The notes under the pieces were generated by a model, which was not told the origin of the DNA, searched no databases, and saw only the letters and a program-made list of their open reading frames with translations. Below, piece after piece: positions 57,505-63,069 of a DNA stretch of 63,069 nt. The stretch is from Thermodesulfobacteriota bacterium (GTDB lineage Bacteria; Desulfobacterota; WTBG01; CAIYCZ01; CAIRTM01), in the NCBI GenBank assembly GCA_028282925.1, contig JANQGV010000260.1:1-63069 (forward strand). The letters are read 5' to 3'. Numbering within the stretch: the stretch's first letter is position 1; every line of letters starts with the position of its first letter. A program made the position numbers and the translations under genes.

Positions 57505-58680
57505 CTATAAGTATTTTCTATTGGCGTCATACAAATATATATTGTTGCATTTGCTGCATACCGGTAATGGTTCCCGGCGAATTACACTTCTGAACCTTTG
57601 ATACGCAGGACTGTTCCATACGTCTGGAAGTGTTTCGCTGGTTACGTTCCCAAACGTCATGTCCGGGAACTGGACACAGGGGGTTACCGTACCATCCGGT
57701 AAAATATCGATCCGGAGCCACTGCTTCGCGCACACGTCATTGCCGATCAACTTCTGGGGATCATCAATAAATGGGTATATTGATTCGGGATCTTTTAAAT
57801 AACAGGAAATCTGGATCGGCCAGCGGTCACGACGGATTTTTTCATATTCCGCTATAAAGGTTTCCTTATCGATCGGGAATGGTGCCAGGTAGCCGAGATG
57901 AGTCTTCGGCATAATGTTGAAGCGATCCTGCATGAAACGCTCATACGAGCACGCCTGTTTCTCCGATACAAACCAGGTCGGGTTCAGCAGAATCCAGTCG
58001 ACTCCCAGCTTAACCATCTCTTTGCAGAAGCGGCGCATGACATGAACATTATCCGGGCGTACTGTAAATTGAATGCCAAGATAGGGAGGACGCTTTAAGG
58101 CTTTCAAGTCTTGAATGCTTTGCACCACCCGGGCAAAAACCCCTTTACCCCGGATGGCATCATTTTCCGGTTCCAGCCCGTCAAGGGAGACTAAAAAGGT
58201 CGGATAGGGATTGCCGTCGAGGGCCTTACTTAAGGCATGCAGGCGCGTGCCGTTAGTACAGATGGTAGCAAAGGTCTTGTGCTTTTGCAGGAGGCTCAGC
58301 AACTGCTCCATCTGGCTGTACAGCAACGGTTCGCCACCTGACAAAACAAAAGATGCATTATAGGGCAACTGCCGGAATACTCTTTCGATAACTTGCCAGG
58401 ACATTTCTTCATTCATGCCCGCAGGGTTCTTTTTTTTCCAGCCGCTATTGCCCCAGAGCATGCACATCCGGCACGAAAGATTGCATTTCCACGTAAGGAT
58501 AAGTTTATACACCAGCGGCGCCGGAACAACTGCATGCCCGGAAGACTGCCGGTACATCCAGCGATAGCGCTGCCTGAATTGAATCTTTTTAATAAGAAGG
58601 TGCTTGAAGTAGCGAGGATGGTGCGCAAGCAGTTGCAGAGCCGGTGTAAAAATTGCCATAGGAAAATAATATTTTTTCAT
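57505..58680 (-). CDS. radical SAM / SPASM-domain protein (paralog of 54445-55623)
   Basis: CNLSCRMC, SGGEPLL, and C-terminal CAKQ...CVQFPD...CSKC. An alternative upstream ATG lies at 58722. Confidence 0.75.
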   Translation of the reverse strand: MKKYYFPMAIFTPALQLLAHHPRYFKHLLIKKIQFRQRYRWMYRQSSGHAVVPAPLVYKLILTWKCNLSCRMCMLWGNSGWKKKNPAGMNEEMSWQVIERVFRQLPYNASFVLSGGEPLLYSQMEQLLSLLQKHKTFATICTNGTRLHALSKALDGNPYPTFLVSLDGLEPENDAIRGKGVFARVVQSIQDLKALKRPPYLGIQFTVRPDNVHVMRRFCKEMVKLGVDWILLNPTWFVSEKQACSYERFMQDRFNIMPKTHLGYLAPFPIDKETFIAEYEKIRRDRWPIQISCYLKDPESIYPFIDDPQKLIGNDVCAKQWLRIDILPDGTVTPCVQFPDMTFGNVTSETLPDVWNSPAYQRFRSVIRREPLPVCSKCNNIYLYDANRKYL

Positions 58681-58687
58681 TTTCTTT

Positions 58688-58716
58688 ATATTATTGACAA
58701 ATTGATCACATGTCAA
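58688..58716 (-). promoter_or_regulatory. candidate sigma70-type promoter (TTGACA-17-TAATAT)
   Basis: Read on the minus strand. The -10 element ends 7 nt before the ATG at 58680, implying a leaderless or very short-leader transcript if it is used. Confidence 0.35.
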
Positions 58717-58786
58717 TTGCATTATGCTTTTTTATGCTATTTGGTTATTTTTAGTTTTACAATAATAAATATTATACTATCTATGT

Positions 58787-58975
58787 CTAATCGTGGGACA
58801 TAGTAATTGATACAATCACTGCCTGGTATGCTTTCTCATTAGCTTCAAACGATTTTTTGTAGGTATAGAATCCAACCACGACGGAAAAGACAACCGAAAA
58901 AGCCGCCAGGAACATGGCTATAGGAGGCATTTTCCTGGATAGATTTAATTTGGAAGACTCCAACCCTCCATTCAT
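58787..58975 (-). CDS. small single-pass membrane protein
   Basis: MNGGLESSKLNLSRKMPPIAMFLAAFSVVFSVVVGFYTYKK..., one TM segment, GGAGG upstream. The start is uncertain. Confidence 0.35.
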   Translation of the reverse strand: MNGGLESSKLNLSRKMPPIAMFLAAFSVVFSVVVGFYTYKKSFEANEKAYQAVIVSITMSHD

Positions 58976-59123
58976 ATACCTCTTACCTCCGCCGCCATAG
59001 AGGGAACACAAAAACCAATGTCTTTCTGTCAAAAATCTGCACATATATAAAATGGATACTGTCAGAAATATTTTTTCATGCTATATCTTCTTTCTATATT
59101 CGCCTGTTTAAAAAAAACCATAA

Positions 59124-59188
59124 CCGCTATTCGTTACAGTATAGTATAAATTATGTGAATATGCTTACAACTTCAGGATCATTCCGTA
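59124..59188. repeat. 65-nt direct repeat, right copy (island boundary, overlaps start of GH gene)
   Basis: See the left copy at 47103-47167. This copy contains GTGAATATGCTTACAACTTCAGGATCATTCCGTA, the start of the 59161 CDS. Confidence 0.85.
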
Positions 59189-61410
59189 GCTTTTTGATAT
59201 CCGTATTGCTTTTCACTTTGACCTGTACCGGCGGGTGCGACCGGTCATCCTCCCTCTCCTGCCGGACTCAATTGCAACTCATCAAAACCTGCACACCCGT
59301 ACTGCGCACCCGCCTTGATACGCTGCAAAACCAAGGCGCCGATGTGGCATATCCTCTTGTGTACCTGACCGTTCTGGAACAGTTTGCGGACCTTGCGGCC
59401 CATAGTTTTGATATCGGCAAAACCGAGCGCGGCTGCCGGGAAGTAGCGGAGTTGCAGGACATTGCCCTGAAATGTGCAACCGAGCTGGATGCCCTTGAAG
59501 CGGGAACCCTGTTGCCGGATGTGCCTCGTTATATATCCTCATCGAGGAGTATCAGCGGGGGGGCATTTAAGGCCACGGTACGCTGGCCGGACGGGTCGGA
59601 AACAACAGACTGGCCGGTAATTTTCAGCGGGTACGGCCATTTTGAAACCCTCATAGCCGATATTGAACTCATGCCGGATTACGGCACGCATATCATTCAG
59701 ATAGAGGTCGGTCCGTCCAATGTTCTGGTTGCCGACAATGAAACCGATTTGACCCATATACATGAAGTGCTGATTGATGCCCTTGACCGGGCCTGGGATG
59801 CAAACATCGTTGTCGACCTGCTGCTTTCACCGGATTACCTTCCCGGTTGGGTATTTGAAACGTGGCCCGAAATCATCATTAATGCCGGAGAGTACATTCC
59901 CTTTTCCGTCGATTCCCCGACCAGCCTTTCATTTTTTAAAAAATACCTTGAAGCTCTTGTTCCTGAAATAGCCGACCATCCGGCCCTCAACGGCTTGTGT
60001 TTAACCAATGAGCCGAGCTATTTTGATGCCACCCGCGACAGCGAAAACCGACCGGCATACACCTCCTGGCTGTTGGAAACCTACGGCAGTCTCGATGCCG
60101 TTGCCGCCGCCCATGGTGAAGACTACTCTTCGTTTGCTGATGTTCCGATATTTTATGTAGACACAAAAGGGTTTATTCTCTATCCCCTGAGCAACACCAG
60201 TCTTCCCCAGCGTTACGATTATTACCGGTTCAACGACTATCGTTTCGCCGCTTTTCATCAATGGATGGCCGACACCATTCACGCCCTGGCCCCCGACGTC
60301 CCCGTGCATGTCAAAATATCCGACTATTCTCACAGAGACCCCTTCGAGGGTATCGATCCTGAACAGTTTATGGCTTTTTCCGGCATAGCCGGCCATGACT
60401 CGGCAAACTATTACACCGCAGATGACCCTGAAGAGGTCTATGCCAACCAGTGGCTGTTTCAAAACATGTTCTTTGACCTGCTGCACTCCCTTTCAGGGCT
60501 ACCCCTTTTCAACTCTGAAAACCACATCGTGCGCGATTTTGAAAAACAGATGCCGCCTGCGGCCCATATCCGTAACGTCCTCTGGCAATCGGCCGTTCAC
60601 GGGCAGTGTGCTTCAACGGTGTGGGTCTGGGAGCGGTACGGTGATAATGAAACTATCGGCTTGTCCGATTTTACGGCAGTTAAACACAGCCCGGCCCTGG
60701 TTGTGGAACACGGCCGAACGGCCCTGGATCTGTTGCGCCTGGGCCGGGAAATCAATGCCCTGCAACAGGCCCCGGCCCGGGTTGCCATCCTCTATTCGCC
60801 CACATCCCTTATCTACGATCTGGAAAACTATACGGATCTGATGACCGCAACCTACGAAGCCCTTTCCGGTATCGGAGAAAAAATTGCGTTTATTACCGAA
60901 CAGGGAATTGCCCGGCTCAACACCCCCTATCCCCTGATTATTGCCCCCGGGGTAACCCACATACCGGATGATGTTTTTACAGGGCTTCAGCAATTTGTTG
61001 CGGACAACAACACCCTGGTGCTTATCGGTGATAAAAGCCTTGCCTACGACCAGTTGCATAACTTGCGCACTGAAACGCTCCCGATGGCGGTGCAAATGGA
61101 AAACGGCATCTCCGAAGAACTGCACGCCGGCATTCTGCCATTTCTCGACTCACTTCCCGGTGGCCGCCCCTTGAAAATCATCGATACGGCTACCGAGGTT
61201 GAACCCTGGGGAGTTGAATGGCGCTGGGTTGAGTACCATGGAAAGTACCTGATTTCCGTCACCAATTACAACAAATCGAACGTCTCGATCCGTTTTGAGG
61301 GAATCCAGACCAGGGACCTGCAGGATTTAATCAGTATGCAACCCGTTAACGAACCCCTGCAGGTTGCTCCCCTTGCAACCTATTTAATAGCTGTTCCCAA
61401 AAGCAGCTGA
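59161..61410 (+). CDS. exported glycoside hydrolase, clan GH-A TIM-barrel (GH42/beta-galactosidase-like)
   Basis: Signal with Cys (LFTLTCTGGC), LNGLCLTNEPSYF (NEP acid/base-like) and NSENHIV (candidate nucleophile region). The family assignment is tentative. Confidence 0.5.
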   Translation: MLTTSGSFRSFLISVLLFTLTCTGGCDRSSSLSCRTQLQLIKTCTPVLRTRLDTLQNQGADVAYPLVYLTVLEQFADLAAHSFDIGKTERGCREVAELQDIALKCATELDALEAGTLLPDVPRYISSSRSISGGAFKATVRWPDGSETTDWPVIFSGYGHFETLIADIELMPDYGTHIIQIEVGPSNVLVADNETDLTHIHEVLIDALDRAWDANIVVDLLLSPDYLPGWVFETWPEIIINAGEYIPFSVDSPTSLSFFKKYLEALVPEIADHPALNGLCLTNEPSYFDATRDSENRPAYTSWLLETYGSLDAVAAAHGEDYSSFADVPIFYVDTKGFILYPLSNTSLPQRYDYYRFNDYRFAAFHQWMADTIHALAPDVPVHVKISDYSHRDPFEGIDPEQFMAFSGIAGHDSANYYTADDPEEVYANQWLFQNMFFDLLHSLSGLPLFNSENHIVRDFEKQMPPAAHIRNVLWQSAVHGQCASTVWVWERYGDNETIGLSDFTAVKHSPALVVEHGRTALDLLRLGREINALQQAPARVAILYSPTSLIYDLENYTDLMTATYEALSGIGEKIAFITEQGIARLNTPYPLIIAPGVTHIPDDVFTGLQQFVADNNTLVLIGDKSLAYDQLHNLRTETLPMAVQMENGISEELHAGILPFLDSLPGGRPLKIIDTATEVEPWGVEWRWVEYHGKYLISVTNYNKSNVSIRFEGIQTRDLQDLISMQPVNEPLQVAPLATYLIAVPKSS

Positions 61411-61597
61411 ACCTTCCTTATACTAATATGTTTATCAATTAATCACTTCAGCCCGATTCCAATGTGTTCCTTCACGGCGTAGCGCAATCCCGGCCGGTCT
61501 GCGGTATCAGTGCACCCTCCCGGGCAGAAGGAATATTTGTCTTTTTCCGTAAAATTTTTTATACTGTGGCAAAATTTCAAACACAGGAGACCAATCC

Positions 61598-63069
61598 ATG
61601 CACAGGTATTCATATCTTGCTCTTCTTGTATTACTGCTCACTATGCTTTCAGGCTGCCGCCCCTCGGCACATATTGAATCACCGGATGACGGCGATACTT
61701 TCGATTCCGGCGAAACCATTTACTTCAGCGCTTCTGCAACGGATATTGAAGACGGTGACCTGCCCGACTCGGCTCTCGTGTGGACCTCGGACATTGACGG
61801 TACAATCGGCCGGGGGGTCTCATTTTCAAGCGATAATCTGACCGCGGGAGCACACACCATCACCCTGACCGCAACGGACTCCGACGGCGAAGAGGATACC
61901 GATATAATTGAGATTACAATTGAACCGGCCGACAACCAGACCGGCACGGGCAGACGGGCCCGCCTGAAAGCGGCCGAAACCTGGATGTATCAGATAGGCA
62001 TGCTGGACGAAAGCGGCGCCGTGGAAGCTCTAGCCGTCACAGACTACCCCCTGCTGGTGCTGGAGCCGGGGCACAACCACCGCCCCTGCAGCGATGATTT
62101 TACGCCGCAGGATTTCGGCATACCACAGGAAAACAGGGACGATGCCTGCGCCGACGTCTACTCCACCCGATCGATGCTCTCCGCACTGCGTAAAACCCCT
62201 GCCGGAGACGAACGGCTGCTGATTGCCTATATCGACATCGGCCAGGCCGAATGGTACCGCGACTACTGGATTGAAGGCTGGGCTCCGCCCACCGCAACCT
62301 CCGCCGGCACCCCCGACTTTATCCTGGCAGCCGACCCTGACGGCTGGCTGGGAAACTTCGTGGTACGATACTGGGACACGGCCTGGCAGGACATCTGGCT
62401 CGGCACCCAAACCTCGGACGGCATCATAACCGAGCTTGCCCGGCTGGGTTTCGACGGCGTCTACCTCGACTGGGTTGAAGCCTATGATGATGATCGGGTT
62501 CAGGATGAAGCCCTCAAAGACGGTGTAGATGCCGCAGAAGAGATGGGTGCTTTCATTAAGGAAATCGGCGACACCGGCCGCGCCGTAACACAGGAATTCC
62601 TGGTTATTGCCCAGAACGCCACCTTCCTTATCGACGAATTTGATGATCCCACCGAGTACACCGACACGATTGATGCCCTGGCAGTGGAAGACACATGGTA
62701 TTACGGAAACGGCAGTTCCGAAAACTGGAACGACGGCGACGGTGATGTGGGCCCCTGGGACATATCGGACCGGCTGACATGCGAGCAACAAAACTGCACC
62801 GCCGAAATCACCGGACTGGATACTGTGTGCCCCAATGAGGACGAAACCGAGACGTGTCTTGAAACCTATCCGGTATCGGGTGACCTTCACGGCGGAACCC
62901 GCCACACCTGTCCCGAAGGCACAGACGGCACTCCGAACTGCTGGTCCACCGAAAACCGGCTGTCGGCATACGAACGGTATCTGGCCCAGGGCGTACCGGT
63001 TTTTACGGTTGATTATTGCATTTCCGAAGACAAAGCCGACCGGGTGTACAAAACCGCCCGTTCAAAGGG
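61598..63069 (+). CDS. lipoprotein with Ig-like domain plus MJ1477/TM1410-type (GH114-related) putative glycoside hydrolase, 3' end cut by window
   Basis: Absent from the ORF track because there is no stop in the window. ATG at 61598 after AGGAGA. Signal MHRYSYLALLVLLLTMLSGC, segment TAGAHTITLTATDSDGEEDT, then LIAYIDIGQAEWYRDYW...VVRYWDTAWQDIW. Confidence 0.65.
   Translation, partial: MHRYSYLALLVLLLTMLSGCRPSAHIESPDDGDTFDSGETIYFSASATDIEDGDLPDSALVWTSDIDGTIGRGVSFSSDNLTAGAHTITLTATDSDGEEDTDIIEITIEPADNQTGTGRRARLKAAETWMYQIGMLDESGAVEALAVTDYPLLVLEPGHNHRPCSDDFTPQDFGIPQENRDDACADVYSTRSMLSALRKTPAGDERLLIAYIDIGQAEWYRDYWIEGWAPPTATSAGTPDFILAADPDGWLGNFVVRYWDTAWQDIWLGTQTSDGIITELARLGFDGVYLDWVEAYDDDRVQDEALKDGVDAAEEMGAFIKEIGDTGRAVTQEFLVIAQNATFLIDEFDDPTEYTDTIDALAVEDTWYYGNGSSENWNDGDGDVGPWDISDRLTCEQQNCTAEITGLDTVCPNEDETETCLETYPVSGDLHGGTRHTCPEGTDGTPNCWSTENRLSAYERYLAQGVPVFTVDYCISEDKADRVYKTARSK

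Noticed and set aside
58787-59044. Small ORF as a RiPP precursor peptide for the two SPASM radical SAM enzymes
   Set aside because: The product is dominated by one transmembrane helix and has no Cys/Ser/Thr-rich core or recognisable leader. The surrounding genes (GT28, GT-C, methyltransferase) point to a glycoconjugate, not a peptide. I keep it only as a small membrane protein call.
47069-59188. Island as a prophage, ICE or transposon
   Set aside because: No integrase, transposase, recombinase, tRNA target or phage/conjugation gene is visible inside or beside it in this window. Only the direct repeat and the compositional impression support mobility, so the mechanism is left open.

Overview
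This 63-kb window probably comes from an anaerobic Desulfobacterota-type (deltaproteobacterial) genome. That origin is inferred from gene content and is not proven. I recognised no rRNA, tRNA, CRISPR array, transposase or integrase. The window falls into three blocks. (1) Positions 1-24.2 kb form one co-directional minus-strand supercluster. It starts with an envelope module (MMPL/RND transporter, DUF1302 outer-membrane barrel, DUF1329 LolA-like protein, BNR/Ycf48-like lipoprotein). Then comes a tandem array of six paralogous geranylgeranyl-reductase (GGR)-like flavoproteins, with a seventh copy at 1446-2777, interspersed with two MarR regulators. The block also holds an unknown membrane/secreted protein pair, a 2x[4Fe-4S] ferredoxin, two VAO/PCMH-type FAD enzymes and an NmrA-like reductase. 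I consider this the best candidate for an undescribed system, namely uptake and anaerobic redox transformation of a hydrophobic, possibly isoprenoid, substrate. (2) Positions 24.3-46.5 kb carry mixed housekeeping and accessory genes: aminotransferase, ArsR plus Cys-rich permease, phosphohexomutase, DEAD-box helicase, LysM lytic transglycosylase, metzincin, PEBP, a multi-PAS hybrid kinase, a chelatase-like orphan, DUF169 and an amine-oxidase lipoprotein. (3) Positions 46.5-63 kb contain a roughly 12-kb island that looks AT-richer by eye and is bracketed by a 65-nt direct repeat (60/65 identical). It encodes three radical-SAM enzymes, a SAM methyltransferase, a GT28 MGDG-synthase-like enzyme, two GT-C membrane glycosyltransferases, a PaaK/F390-synthetase-like ligase and an FAD oxidoreductase. 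A decayed PAS/REC pseudogene sits at its left edge and two glycoside-hydrolase lipoprotein genes at its right. Smaller observations are a 28-bp tandem duplication that rewrites the RND gene's C-terminus, a 47-nt intergenic repeat family (3 copies) and several candidate promoters, operators and terminators. All functional calls rest on motif recognition by eye, and no database search was run.
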